Part shown: positions 34,229 to 47,229 of the stretch, in pieces
How positions within the stretch are numbered: the first letter of the stretch is position 1
How the letters are laid out: the number at the start of each line of letters is the position of its first letter
Assembly: GCA_964016885.1 (NCBI GenBank)
Contig: OZ024743.1
Coordinates: 370,884,001-370,948,000 of the forward strand
Source: Eledone cirrhosa
Taxonomy: Eukaryota
Length of the DNA: 64,000 nucleotides
Direction of reading: 5' to 3'
Position numbers and translations under genes: made by a program
The notes under the pieces: generated by a model
What the model saw: the letters and a program-made list of their open reading frames with translations, nothing else
What the model was told of the DNA's origin: nothing
Databases searched by the model: none

Positions 34229-37200
34229 GACTCTACTTAAGGAGATCTGAAGGGGGAAGAGGTCTTATCAGCATAGAGAACAGTGTTCAGATGGAGAAAA
34301 ACAGTCTAGACGAATATGTGTCTGACAGTAGGGAGCCAATGCTCAAAGTTGTACTGAAGGAGAAGACAATAGACCAGGGGATGTCCAAGGAGGAAATAAC
34401 AAGGAGGAGGAAGAGCAACCTTCATGAAAAATACATTCATTAAGAAAACTGAATTTAGAGATCCATAGACATGGAACTGGTTAAAAAGAGGAGACCTTAA
34501 AAAGGCTACAGAAGGAATGCTAATGGTTGCGCAAGAGCAGGCCCTCAAAACGAAGTGGTTGAAAGAGCAAGCCCTGAAACACCATATTGACAAGCTTACT
34601 GTGTAGGATCTGTGGAGAGAGAGAGGAGACTGTGGCTCACATTGTATCATCATCATCATCATCATCGTTTAACGTCCATCTTCCAAGCTTGCATGGGTTT
34701 GGACGGGAGTTTTCTCACTTGAGGCAAGAGTGGTTGTCTTGCTCACATAGGACTGTCTGCCCTTCCTAACACCAACCACGTTTACAGTGTGGACTGGGAG
34801 GTTTTTACCGTGTTACCTACACGACCACATTACAGCATGGACTGTGTTTTTTTTGTCGTGACACCTACACAACCTAATTTGTTTCGGACTGGATGTTGTG
34901 GTACCAACATAACTTTACATTGAAAGGGGTGGGGGGTAGTCGGACAGGGGTGTATTTTTGTTAGAGGTGCCTACTGACTGTAGTAGGTTTCACTTTGTAC
35001 TTAGGTAAGGCGGGTCTTCTCTATTACTGTGTAGCGCCAAAGCTCTCGGTCCAGTGACATTGTCTTGGAGAGGTGTAAGTGTGTGAGGTCGGAATTTATC
35101 AAGTCGTCCCAGGTTTTTCTGGGTCTGCCTACTCCGTGGCTACCGTCTATTTTTATTGCTCTGTACTTTTTTATACAGCTGTCGTCTTTCATGTGCATCA
35201 CGTGACCATACCAACGTAGTCTTCTCTCGAGTAAACAACATCTGATCCCTCTTATTTCTAATTTTTCCCTTAGTTCGTTTATGCTTTGCCGTTCACGTAT
35301 ATTACTATTACACATCCAGCGGAGCATGCAAGCTTCGTTCCTCTTCAGTCTGCATATATCCTCTGCACACAATGCCCAGGTCTCACTGCCATGTAACATT
35401 GCTGTTCGTATGCAGGCATCATACAGCCTGCCTTTCATTTTTAGAGAGAACCCTTTAGCGGCTAATAGTGGTATAAGCTCTCTGAACTTTTTCCATCCAG
35501 TTCTGACTCTGGCTACTGTACTTTCAGAGCACCCTCCACCACTGCTGATTTTGTCACCCAAGTAACGGAAGTTGTCCACTATTTCTATAGAACCATCTGT
35601 GCAATGGAATGAGCTAGTATTCTGTGGGCACTTGCTGCTACTTATTGCACCAGAGCACCGGCCACATATAAAATCTATATTCTTAGTTAGCTTACCTGTG
35701 ATCCCACTATATCGTTTATGCACCTATACTTTGCATTTGGGACATAAAATGGAGTTTCTGCCTACTCCTTTCCTACACACTGAGCATGGCCATTTCCCGG
35801 ATGGGACCGGTGCCCTATTTTCCTTCCTACAAACTAGAACTTTAGTCTTAGACAGGTTAATTTTAAGGCCTTTTGATTCTAGGCCATGCTTCCATGTTTG
35901 GAATTTCTTCTCTAGTTCAGCCATTGATTCAGCTATGAGCGTTAGATCATCTGTGTATAGGAGTTCCCATGGGCAGCCAGTCTTGAACTCCACTGTTATA
36001 GCCTGAAGGGCAATAATAAATAGTAGGGGGCTAAGAAAGGAGCCCTGATGAACACCAACTTTTACGCTAAACTCTTCACTATATTCATTGTTAATTCTAA
36101 CCTTGCTGACTGTTTCTTTATACATGGCTTGTATAGCTCTCACAAGCCATTCATCAACACCTAGTTTTCTAAGAGCCCACCAGATAATGGAATGGGGGAC
36201 TCTGTCAAAGGCTTTCTCCAAGTCGACAAAAGCTAAGTATAGGGGTTTACTTTTAGCTAGGTACTTCTGTAGTTGTCGTACAATGAAAAGAGCGTCTGTG
36301 GTAATTTTGCCTGACACAAACCCGAACTGCATTTCATCTAGATCAATTCTCTCTCTGATTAGTTGCACAATTACTTTTTCTGTGACCTTCATGACCTGGT
36401 TGATTAATTTAATGCCTCTATAGTTACCCCTATCTAGGGCATCTCCTTTACCCTTGTAGCAGTTAATGATGATGCTGCTACGCCAGTCCTTCGGAACAAC
36501 CCCATTCTGTACGACTTGGTTAACTATCCGGGTGACCATGGTGTGTCCCACCGTACCAGATGCCTTCAGCATCTCAGCAACTATTTCCAAAGGCCCAGCC
36601 GCCTTACCCGTCTTCATATCTTTGATTGCCTTACTTATTATACTACCTTCGACTAACACTGCTGGTCCCTCTATTGGATCGATGTGGGGGAGACTGTCTT
36701 TCTCCCATTTATTTTCCTCATTTAGTAGCCTTTCGTAGTGACACTTCCAAGCTACCTTCTTATCAGCGTCAGTGATGGCAAGTACACCATCATCATTAAG
36801 GACACACTTCTCCCCGACAATATCTGAGTGTAAACACCTAGCACTATAAAGGCTGGAGACATGATATGATAGGCAGGGTGATCCACTGTCATCTATGCAA
36901 AGTAAACAATTTACCACATTCTGAGAAGTGGTATGAGCATAAGCCAGAGTCGGTGATAGAAACCAATCAGGTGAAGGTACTATGGGATTTTAGGATACAG
37001 CCAGACAAGAAATTAGAACACAATAGGTCTGATCTGGTGGTTTTGGAAAGGAAAAAAGATTGTGCCTGATTGTAGATGTAGCCTGCCCATTTGACACAAG
37101 AGTACAAGAAAAGGAGAGGGAGAAAATTAATCGATACCAGGACTTAAAGTGGGAGTTAAAAAGGATTTGGAACTGCCATGAAGTCAAGGTCGTCCTGATT

Positions 37201-37437
37201 GTCATAGGTGCACTTGGTACTATCTCAAAGAGTTCCCAAGGATGGTTAAAGAAGATTAGTCCAGCCCCGCTTTTTGGAACACTTCAAAAGGCATGCTTGC
37301 TGGGAACAGCAAGAACCTGCCGATACGTCCTGAATAACTGAAGCTGCAGGTAGCGGCTTGATATTCATTTCAACAAACTTTCCAGTTAAATAACATCAAT
37401 GACTGAGACTCAAAGAATAATAACAACAATAATAATA
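34228..37437 (+). mobile_element. Dong/R4 3' fragment split by an RTE insertion (parts 34228-34646 and 36821-37437)
   Basis: Collinear with 26211-27260; the sequence resumes at tatc|tgagtgtaaacacc after the insert. Confidence 0.85.
34646..36822 (-). mobile_element. RTE LINE, 5'-truncated, (GAT)n tail
   Basis: ORFs 35724-36917 and 35001-35723 carry RT motifs (YTDD) and the PHD insert, separated by one TAG. Confidence 0.93.
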
Positions 37438-37439
37438 AG

Positions 37440-38160
37440 ATGCAACATACACATGAAAGAAAAGATTAGAAAAGAATACTACAGAAGAATTAGGTAACCT
37501 AATTCTTCTGTAGTATTCTTTTCTAATCTTGAACTTCTAAAAACTGAACTAAATGCAAAAAATAAGGTGATTGGCATTAATACTTTAGCAATCCTAGTAA
37601 TGAGCTACAGCTTTAACATTCTGAACTGGACACTAAAAGAACTAGCTGGAATAAATAGAAAAGCAAGAAAAATAATGACCGCATTTAGATACACAATCCA
37701 ATGTAAAAAGATTATACCTACCAAGAACACAAGGAGAAAGAGATCTTATGCAACTAGAAAATTCTTATAAAATAACAACAGTAGGACTACAAAAATACCT
37801 AATAAAAAACAAAGGAAAGCTAATACAAATAGCCACGAAACATGAAGAAAACAAAAAACTGTTCTCAGTCTTCAAGGAAGACTGAAAATTCAAATCAGAA
37901 ACTGGACTAACAGATAATTCTGTAGAAAATGAAAACAAAGAAAAAAACAACAGAAATTGTGAAAGATATAAAATTAAAATTCAAAACTGACATCCAGAAC
38001 GCCATGTTAAAACGATGGCAAGAGAAATCCTTACATGGTCAATACCCCAAAAAGCTAAATAGAAAGGAAGTAGACAAAGAAAACATACAAAACTGGCACA
38101 GAAGCACTGGACTAAAAGCTGAGATGGAAGGATTTCTAATTGCAATACAATAGAAACAAC
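37440..38160 (+). pseudogene. Degenerate R4-clade fragment from a different family
   Basis: KEYYRRI..LLKTELNAKNKVIGINTLAI, WQEKSLHGQY, LKAEMEGFLIAIQ. Confidence 0.7.
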
Positions 38161-39416
38161 ACCAGCAAAAACTACACTGCTCATACCCAAACACACAGAG
38201 CTGTGCGCAGTAACGATGCACAAAAAAATAAAAATAGAAATAATCTAAACTATAATAAAGTAAGGAGTGCGGGACTGCATCCAGAATAAATTTGTTTTAT
38301 CTCGTTTGTAAAATAAGTTCGATTACTTTGAATAAATAATGAAGGAATATTACATAATTTATGTACTAAATTTTGTAACTAAATTTTGTATTTCTAAATA
38401 ATTTAAAATTGACTTCTTTTCAATGTTACAAATTTCTACACTTCCGGTATATCGTCGCCACCACCACCACTTCAACTACCATATATATATAGAAAGAGAG
38501 AGTTTGTGAGAGAGAAGGAGTGATTATGATTTTCTACACGCTGACCCGTATGATTGTGCACATACATACATCTATATGTATGAGTATATGACTATTATGA
38601 GTATATAACTATAATCGTGCAAACACAAACTTATAAAAATACACCCTCACGGACATACATTCAGATAAATACACATACTTTCACACAAACACACATACAT
38701 TTACACAAACACACACATACAGTCATGATAGCGTTCGGTGAATTGGAAACAGGAGGGTAAAACAAGTATAACATTTTATTTATTTATTAACAACACAGTT
38801 TAACTTTTTTTTTTTAAACTCAATTGTATAGAAATTTAATATAATGCTTACAGAACGAAAACACAAACAAATATAATATATACAAAGGAAAGGAAAACAA
38901 AAAAAAAGAGAAAAATAATACAAGCACGTAATGCACACATCTAAGACCACATAGGCTGGATAATGTAGTTAGCTAACAGAACACGATAGCAAAAGAGTCA
39001 CTAACTGTGATGTCCCATTCACACAAATACACATACTTTCACACAAACACAAACATACATTCACACAAACATACATTTACACAAACACAAACATACAGTC
39101 ATGATAGCGTTCGGTGAATTGGAAATGGGAGGGTAAAAGTACAACTTTTTATTTATTTATTAACAACACAGTTTAACTCTTTTTTTTTTTAAACTCATTT
39201 GTATAAAAATTTAATATAATGATTACAGAATGAAAACACTAACAAATATAATATATACAAAGGAAAGGGAAAGGAAAAAAAGAAAGAGAAAAATACACAA
39301 GCACGTAATACCCACATCTTAGACCCCATAGAACAATATGCAGACAAAAGAATGGAAAAACAAGACGCTACCAGAGCAAAAGATAACAATATAGCGAGGA
39401 GCACTGGGAAACCTCT

Positions 39417-39860
39417 CTAATAATTTTTGAGGCAGGCCAGAACGCTCGCAGCGTTACCTGGGGTGATGGCAAGGCTGAGGTGCTGGAACAACCAAGTGCC
39501 CTCACAAGCATCACCAGTTACCGCTGTTTGGCGAGCCACCAGTGAAGATAAGAACGCCCCTGTCAGTAACCCGACTCCCCCAAACGTCTCGAATGCCACA
39601 GGCTGGATAATGAAGTTAGCTGACAGAACACAGTATTTTAGGATTTTGTTCCGTTCAGCTGTGGATGCTGTAGCTATCGCCCTTACCTCTGTATCCAGAA
39701 TGTGGGAAGAAGCAAAAGAGTCACTAACTGTAGCGTCCCAGGTAAGGCACCTGCCTCTTGACCAGGAGCACAGAGTATGACCGTCAAGTCTTTTCCCATC
39801 AATTGTGGACAACCCAGACGATTCCAAAATTGAGGGGATGTTTGCACGGGCCAAAGCTCT
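39417..39860 (-). pseudogene. CRE-clade retrotransposon restriction-like endonuclease fragment
   Basis: DGKRLDG.T..W.RGRCLTWDATV.D, AE..KILKY, PVAFETFG. Confidence 0.75.
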
Positions 39861-40039
39861 TGAGTGTAATAGGACAGTGTGTGTATGTGCGCGCGTGAGT
39901 TTGTCGGTGTTCTTAAATTAAAGAAATGTGTGTGTCACTGTTTTTAAGTTAGAGACATATATGTGTGTATCCCTTTCCTTCCTTTTACACACATACATTC
40001 ACACAAACACACATTGTGTGATAGGCGGGTGGACAGAAG

Positions 40040-40673
40040 TCCCTCAAATTTATATACATGTGAATAGAGTTCTACTGAAGCAGTTAGAGAAGTTCAAGTA
40101 TCTTGAAGCCGTGTTCATGAGTGATGGAATGCAGGAGGCTGAATTAAGTGCAAGAATTGCAAAAGCTGATGCAGTAATATACCAGCCTCAGCAATCAGAA
40201 GGTTTAGGTGAAAAAGCCAAACTCGCTGTCTTCCTGGTATTCCTGCCAACTCTTACCGAGGATCATGAATCTTGAGTAATGACCAAAAGAGTACAATTGC
40301 AAATAAAAGCAGCAGAAATGGGATTCCTCCGAAGGGTCTTTGGAGTAAGTTACTCGATAAAGTGCATAGTTCAGAGTAGAGCTGCTACTTCTCTGAATTG
40401 AGAGATCACAACTCCGATACTATGAGCATGTGGTTAGAATGTCTCAGTAAAGAATCGCTGGACACATTTTACAGGCAAAACCAACCGTCAAGGGACCCAG
40501 AGATAGATCTTGAGCAAGATAGTTGGATAACATCCATGAGCTTGGCTGGTCACGTTTTGGGATCCAGCTGGATCAGTTAGAGATGTTTGCTTCTGACAGA
40601 CTCGCTGGAAGGAGTGTTTGAGAAGGACTCAGCCCCCCACAACCCTCTCAGAAATAAGTGAGCAAAGCAGAAG
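40040..40673 (+). mobile_element. GAA-tailed RTE 3' fragment
   Basis: LKQLEKFKYL and HESW remnants; homologous to 15035-15726. Confidence 0.8.
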
Positions 40674-40879
40674 ATATTGTCAATTTACTTTTCAATTTAC
40701 ATATATATATTTGCGTATAATACCAATATGTACACTACATATGCCAGCAGAAAACCGCCCGAACAACAACACTGGTCAACCCATTTTTTGCTGACTCAGA
40801 TTTTGTTTTTAGTTAATTTTGAGGGGCTGATTTCAAATATAGCATCCATTTCCCGCTAACAAAATTTTGTTGACCAGTG

Positions 40880-41052
40880 TAATTGTTTCTACTTTCGGCA
40901 CAAGGTCAGCAATTATCCCAGTAATACTGGTGCTTTACTTTATCAGCCCCGTAAGAATGAAAGGCAAAGTTAACCTCAGCAGGATTTGAACTCAGACCGT
41001 AAAGGGCCGCAACTGAATGCTGCAAAGCATGGCGTCCGACCCTCTACCAATA
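40880..41052 (-). mobile_element. tRNA-derived SINE
   Basis: Homology to other copies. Confidence 0.85.
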
Positions 41053-41189
41053 CCTCTTTATTAACCTCAAAGGGTTTACATCAAGAAAAACATTACAACA
41101 TTACAGGATGTGTGTATGTGTGTGCGTTGGTGCGTGGGTTTTGCACCTAAACAAATATTAACAATGTTAAAAAAAAAGATAATAAAATT

Positions 41190-41670
41190 AAAACAAAGAA
41201 TATTCCTCAATGGGGAGGATACATTCGAGGGTCATTCGTGGAAAAAACCCCATAAAACCTTGGAAGTACTGATCTTTAGGGTAAGAGCTCTGTCTCAGTT
41301 GTACTCCTCCAATTTACAGGCTCACACTCAGAGCAGGCCCATTCACTCAGGCTATACTCACTTCTCTCACCCAACTTTCAACAAATTGCTTTGAAGGCAG
41401 CACTTCTCTCCCCACCCTAATTTCCTTCCTCAAGTGGAACCTGAAGAAGTTAATCAAGGCTTCGCCAAAGAGAAAAGTGCTCGACTTCAAACCATTCAAG
41501 CATGTCCACCGTATAACCTCTTTCGCCATGGCCACAAGACATATAAAAATGGCCTGCCCTTCTTGACTAAAAGAAGGTAGCGGGACAACCTTCACAATGG
41601 ACTCGATTGATAATTGAATTTGTCCTACACGTGACAGCAGGTGTTCGACATAAACCCACAAGTCAGCAAT
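41190..41670 (-). mobile_element. Tx1/L1 3' fragment
   Basis: DLWVYVEHLLSR..QLS.ESIV..AMAKE; homologous to 21280-21700. Confidence 0.8.
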
Positions 41671-42882
41671 TGATTTTACACTTATAGCTGAATCTATTGT
41701 GGAACTAGAGAAGAAATTCCAAACATAGAAGCAGGGCCTAGAAAGAAAGAGTTTCGAAGTCAACCTGACAAAGACTAAGGTCCCAGTAAGTAGAAGAGAA
41801 AACAGAACCCAAATCCCTTCAGGAAAATGGCCTTGTTCAGTATGTAGGAAAGATGAGGTAGAAATTCCATCCTCTGCCCCAAATGCAAACTATAGGTACA
41901 CAAGAGATGTAGTGGGATCTCAAGAAGTTTAGTTAAGAATGTAGGCTTTACATATAGCAGTTGCACTAAGACAGTAAGCAGCAAACGACCACCGGAAACA
42001 AGCACTATCAGTTTCTCGGAGGGCTTGGTAGAAACAGTGGACAGCTTCTGCTACCAAGGTAACCGAATTAGCAATGGAGGTGGGTGTTCTGAAAGTACAG
42101 TAGCCAGAGTAAGAATGGGATGGAAGAAATTCAGGGAGCTACTACCACTGCTAGCTGCAAAAGGCTTTTCCCTCAAAATGAAAGGCAGACTGTATGATGT
42201 GTGCATACAAACAGCAATGCTGCATGGTAGTGAGTCGTGGGTGTTGTGTGCAGAAGACTTGCGTAGATTAAAAAGAAATGAAGCTTGCATGCTCCGATGG
42301 ATGTGTAATAATAATATACGTGAACGGCAAAGCATAAACGAACTGAGAGAATCTAAGCATAAGAGGAATCAAATGCTGTGTGCAGGAGAGGAGATTACGT
42401 TGGTATGGACATGTGATGCGTATGAAGGATAATAGCTGCATAAATAAGTGCAGAGCGCTAAAAGTCAATGGAAGCCTTGGAGTCAGGAGACCCAAGAAGA
42501 CCTGGGAGGAGGTGATAAAAGCTGATCTTGCTCAATTGCACCTCTCAAAAGCGATAACACAGGACCGAGATCTCTGGTGTTACGCAGTAATACAGAAGAC
42601 CAGACTTCCCACGGGTACAAGCAGAAGCTGAAGCATATAGATAGTATGCCCCCACTCCCTCCCACTGTAAAGTGGTAGTGTAGGTGTCAGGTCTAAAAGC
42701 ACCCAGGACACATTGTAAATGAGGTTGGTGTTAGGAACGGCTTCCATCTGTAGAAATCAAGCCAAAATCAGTTCTGTATGAGTAAGTCATGGTCACCTGA
42801 CATGGCATTGGTCACAACAGGACAACTCATATAACCCATGCTAGCATGGAAAAATGGACATCAAATGGTGATGATGAAGATG
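41671..42882 (+). mobile_element. RTE LINE 3' fragment, subfamily C
   Basis: PHD insert, GWKKFRELLPLL, RLRWYGHV and (GAT) tail. Confidence 0.88.
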
Positions 42883-42899
42883 GAGAATTTTGCCTTTGT

Positions 42900-43570
42900 T
42901 TTTGTTTGTTTTGAGAACAGACTGTTTGTCAATTGTCGCCATGTGTATCGTCGGGGAGTGGCATGTCTTCAATGGGTGTTGGTGTTGTTGATCTTCATGG
43001 TGTCAGTTTTTTCTGCATTGGCCTTGACAGTGCTGCTGTTACTGCTTCGTTTAATCTCTCTGCTGCTAGTGTTGGAGTTGTTGTTTTCTTTGGTGTTTGT
43101 ATCCTAGTAGTTGTTGTTGTTGTTGTTGTTTTTGGTGTTGGTAGGAGCAGAGGTTTCTTTATGTTGGTTTTGAATGAAGGGCAGAATGCTGTCAGGTGTT
43201 TTGTGGAGAGGCAGATATGACATCTAGATTTTCTCCAACTCTTATTGGTAATATTATACCGCCTGTAAGGTATAGTTGTTTGGGAATGGTGTCTACATTA
43301 TTTTGTGTGGTTTGTAGTAATATTTCCACTCCCATTCCCAACCACTTGTCCTTACTTATTTGGTAAACATCAAGGATTTTTGTGTTCTCCTTAATGTTCA
43401 TTGTGAAAGTGGCTAATAGCAAAGAAATGTCTATTTCCAGTGGTATTTGATTAATTTTTACTCTTACTAATCCCATTCCACAGTAGAATGGGATAAGCAG
43501 AATTTCATCACTTTGTAGGGGCTTGAGGGAGTGAGATTTCGCCTTTTCTTTAAATTTCACCTCCACCGTG
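42900..43570 (-). pseudogene. LINE ORF1 (gag-like) remnant with zinc knuckle
   Basis: After a frameshift, CHICLSTKHLTAFC (CX2CX4HX4C) at about 43180-43222, followed by a T/Q/N low-complexity tail. Confidence 0.6.
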
Positions 43571-43853
43571 CCAAAACCTCTACCCTAATCCTTTTTTTGG
43601 CAGCCCCTCCACTGCTTAATGCCCTTCCCATCACCAACCACTTCACAAGGGAACAGTAGCTACGAGCGTGTGTGGGGAGGGGGCATGGGGTGTGCACAGT
43701 GGGGGCTGTAGTGGTGTTGGTGAGCTGTAATGGAATAGGAGGGATCAGGCCAAATTGTATGTTGTAGATCGGGTCTTCTTTAGCAGTAATAGTACCAGCA
43801 CAACGATCTTTAGTCATTTCTGTTGTGAGTTTTAGTTTCTTAAGGTCAGCCTT

Positions 43854-43887
<34 letters not shown>

Positions 43888-44221
43888 CACATTGTATTTT
43901 TATTCCACATCAAATCAATGTCTCTATATGCTATATATGATATTAGGTAAGAAAGCAAACGTAATATGGCAGCACATATCACACCAGGGGACCAATAACT
44001 TCTGTTTCAATATTGAAATGCAGGAAGAAGAAAAAAAATCAATATTTTTATTATTCGTGTAAGGAGGGAAAACAAAGAATAAGGAAACATACAATTTGAA
44101 AATAGTCAGAAAGAAGATGGGGAGGAGGAGGCAGATGATAACGATGAGGAGGCAGATGATAATGATGAGGAGGGGTTTTAGATGGAAGATAGATAAAGAT
44201 TGATTCAGATATGAAGATGAC

Positions 44222-46027
44222 AGAGGCATTAAATAAATCGACCAGGTCATGAAGGTCACGGAAAAAGTAATAGCGCAACTAATCAGAGAGCGAATTGATC
44301 TAGATGAAATGCAGTTCGGGTTTGTGTCAAGTAAAAGTACCACAGACGCTCTTTTCATTGTACGACAACTACAGGAGAAGTACCTAGCTAAAAGTAAACC
44401 CCTATACTTAGCTTTTGTCGACTTGGAGAAAGCCTTCGACAGAGTCCCCCGTTCCATTATCTGGTGGGCTCTTAGAAAACTAGGTGTTGACGAATGGCTT
44501 GTGAGAGCCATACAAGCCATGTATAAAGAAACAGCCAGCAAGGTTAGAATTAACAACGAATATAGTGAAGAGTTTAGCATAAAAGTTGGTGTCCATCAGG
44601 GCTCTGTTCTTAGCCCCCTACTATTTATTATTGCCCTTCAAGCTATAACAGAGGAGTTCAAGACCGGCTGCCCATGGGAACTCCTATACGCAGATGATCT
44701 AACGCTCATAGCTGAATCAATGCCTGAGCTAGAGAAGAAATTCCAAACATGGAAGCACGGCCTAGAATCAAAAGGCCTTAAAATTAACCTGGCTAAGACT
44801 AAAGTTCTAGTTTGTAGGAAAGAAAATAAGGCACCGGTCCCCTCCGGGAAATAGCCCTGCTCAGTGTGTAGGAAAGACGTAGGTAGAAACTCCATTTTAT
44901 GTCCCAAATGCAAAGTATGGGTGCATAAAAGATGTAGTGGGATCACAGGTAAGCTAACTAAGAACACAGATTTTACATGTGGCCGGTGCTCTGGTGCAAT
45001 AAGTAGCAGCAAGTGCCCACAAAATACTACCTCTTTCAATTGCGTAGAGGGTTCTATAGAAATAGTGGACAGCTTCCATTACCTGGGTGACAAAATCAGC
45101 AGTGGGGAAGGGTGCTCTGAAAGTACAGTAGCTAGAGTCAGAACTGGATGGAAAAAGTTCAGAGAGCTTATACCACTATTAGCCGCTAAAGGGTTCTCCC
45201 TAAAAATGAAAGGCAGGTTGTATGATGCTTGCATACGAACAGCAATGTTGCATGGCAGTGAGACCTGGGCATTGTGTGCAGAGGATATACGCAGACTAGA
45301 GAGGAACGAAGCTTGCATGCTCCGCTGGATGTGTAATAGTAACATACGTGAACGGCAAAGCATAAGCGAACTAAGGAAAAAATTAGAAATAAGAGGGATC
45401 AGATGTTGTTTACTCGAGAGTAGGCTACGTTGGTATGGACACGTGATGCGCATGAAAGACGATAGCTGTATAACAAAGTGCAGGGCAATAAAGATAGATG
45501 GTAGCCACAGAATAAGCAGACCCAGGAAAACCTGGGACGAGCTGATAAATTCCGACCTCACACACACCTCTCCAAGACAATGTCACTGGACCGAGAGCTT
45601 TGGCGGTACTCAGTAACAGAGAAGACCCGCCTTACCTAAATACAAAGTAAAACCTACTACAGTCAGTAGGCATCTCTAACAAAATACACCCCCGTCCCAC
45701 CACCCCCACTCCATCCACACCGCCCCCTTCAATGTAAAGTTATGTTGGTGCCACAACATCCAGGCCGAAACAAATGAGATCGTGTAGGTGTCACGACAAA
45801 AAACACACAGTCCACGCTGTAATGTGGCCGTGTAGGCAACACGGTAAAAACCTCCCAGCCCCACACTGTAAATGTGGTTGGTGTTAGGAAGGGCATCCAG
45901 CTGTAGAAAACCCGCCAGACAGTCCTATGCGAGCAAGACAACCACTCTTGCCTCAAGTGGGAAAACCCCCGTCCAAACCCATGCAAGCGTGGAACAGGGA
46001 CGTTAAACGATGATGATGATGATGATA
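44222..46027 (+). mobile_element. RTE LINE, 5'-truncated, (GAT)n tail
   Basis: FVDLEKAFDRVP, GVHQGSVLSP, YADD (44687-44698) and an intact PHD; one TAG at 44852. Confidence 0.94.
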
Positions 46028-46549
46028 TGAACAAAAAAAAAATTAAGATGACAAAGATTAAGCTGATAAAGAATAAAGAACTGTTGCAGTAACTATGGTG
46101 GTGATGATGATGAAATTGTTTGGCTCTATCTAAGAGACAAGTTTAATGTGAAATATTATGGGTAAAATAAGATTATAAGGCTTTCAATTAAGATATTTAA
46201 AAACCCCAACAATTTTATTTTCTAACGTCAACAAACAATTTCAAAATTTCCTTTGTTTTCTTTTTTGTGTCACGAAAGTTGAGCAGAATATTTCAGCTCA
46301 GAATAATTGTTAAATCTATTAAAACACACAAAAGTGTACACTAAATAATGGTTCACATTTCTTTAGCACCTGCCCCACATACACACACAGATATCTAAGA
46401 AAATTTTATCAGTAAGTATTCACTTAGCAACATAAAAACTATGGACTCAACATCGAGCTGAGTTCACCATACTGTTCACTATGTCAACTTCTCTGAGTGT
46501 GTTGATTTTGCACTGCTTCCACTAAACAAAGTTTGTTGAGCTAATTGTA

Positions 46550-46896
46550 TTGTGAACACTGAGCTAACAATTTAAAGAGCACTCAGCTAACTGTTCAAAG
46601 CACTGTTAAAAGCAGTGAACTAACTGTTGAGAGAGCAATGAACTAGCTGTTCAGAGAATGCTCAGATAACTATTCAGGGAATACTGAGCAAGTTGTTTGG
46701 AGAGTGCTGAGTTAGATATTGGAGGAACCTGAATTGGCTGTTGAAGCATTCAGCTTGCTGTTCAGAGAAAACTGAGTTAACTATTAAGAGAACTGTTGAG
46801 AGAACTGTTGAGAGAACACTGGGCTAACTCAATAAAGTGCTGGACTAGCTGTTGAGAGCACCAAGCTAGCTTTTGACAGCACTGAACTAGCTGTTA
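46550..46896. repeat. Degenerate minisatellite, unit about 20-21 bp (gagcactgagctaactgttga-like)
   Basis: Recurring ctga(g/a)cta(a/g)ctgtt units. Confidence 0.75.
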
Positions 46897-47229
46897 TGGT
46901 GCTAATTTGAAAGTCATACACTCAGTAAGAAAGCAAAATTGAGGAAGAAAAGAAAGAAAGAAAGAATGCTGGAAAAGAGAATGTATAAATCTCTTGGGGT
47001 AAAATCAACCTTAAAACTTCATTACTCAGTATTTTTTTAAAAATATACTTACATACAGCTTAACATTTTATTTGTATTTCCAAAATTGAACACATACCTA
47101 AAAAGTAGAATAAAAAGGTAAAAGGAATAAAAAACATTAGGTAAAAAAACATTTTTGGACTCTTGAATCTAATTTCATTTTGGAAACAACAAAACACAAG
47201 CGTTTTTTTAAAGCCACCTTCCCTATTAA

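Larger units (their letters stand above)
38244..40761 (+). mobile_element. Helitron-family copy, 3'-truncated, with large internal inserts
   Basis: The 5' end A|TCTAAACTATAATAAAG (38244) and the segment 40677-40761 match the two ends of the Helitron at 52778-53251. Confidence 0.6.

Noticed and set aside
46550-46896. CRISPR-like array
   Set aside because: Units are contiguous and degenerate, there are no unique spacers or cas genes, and the context is eukaryotic.
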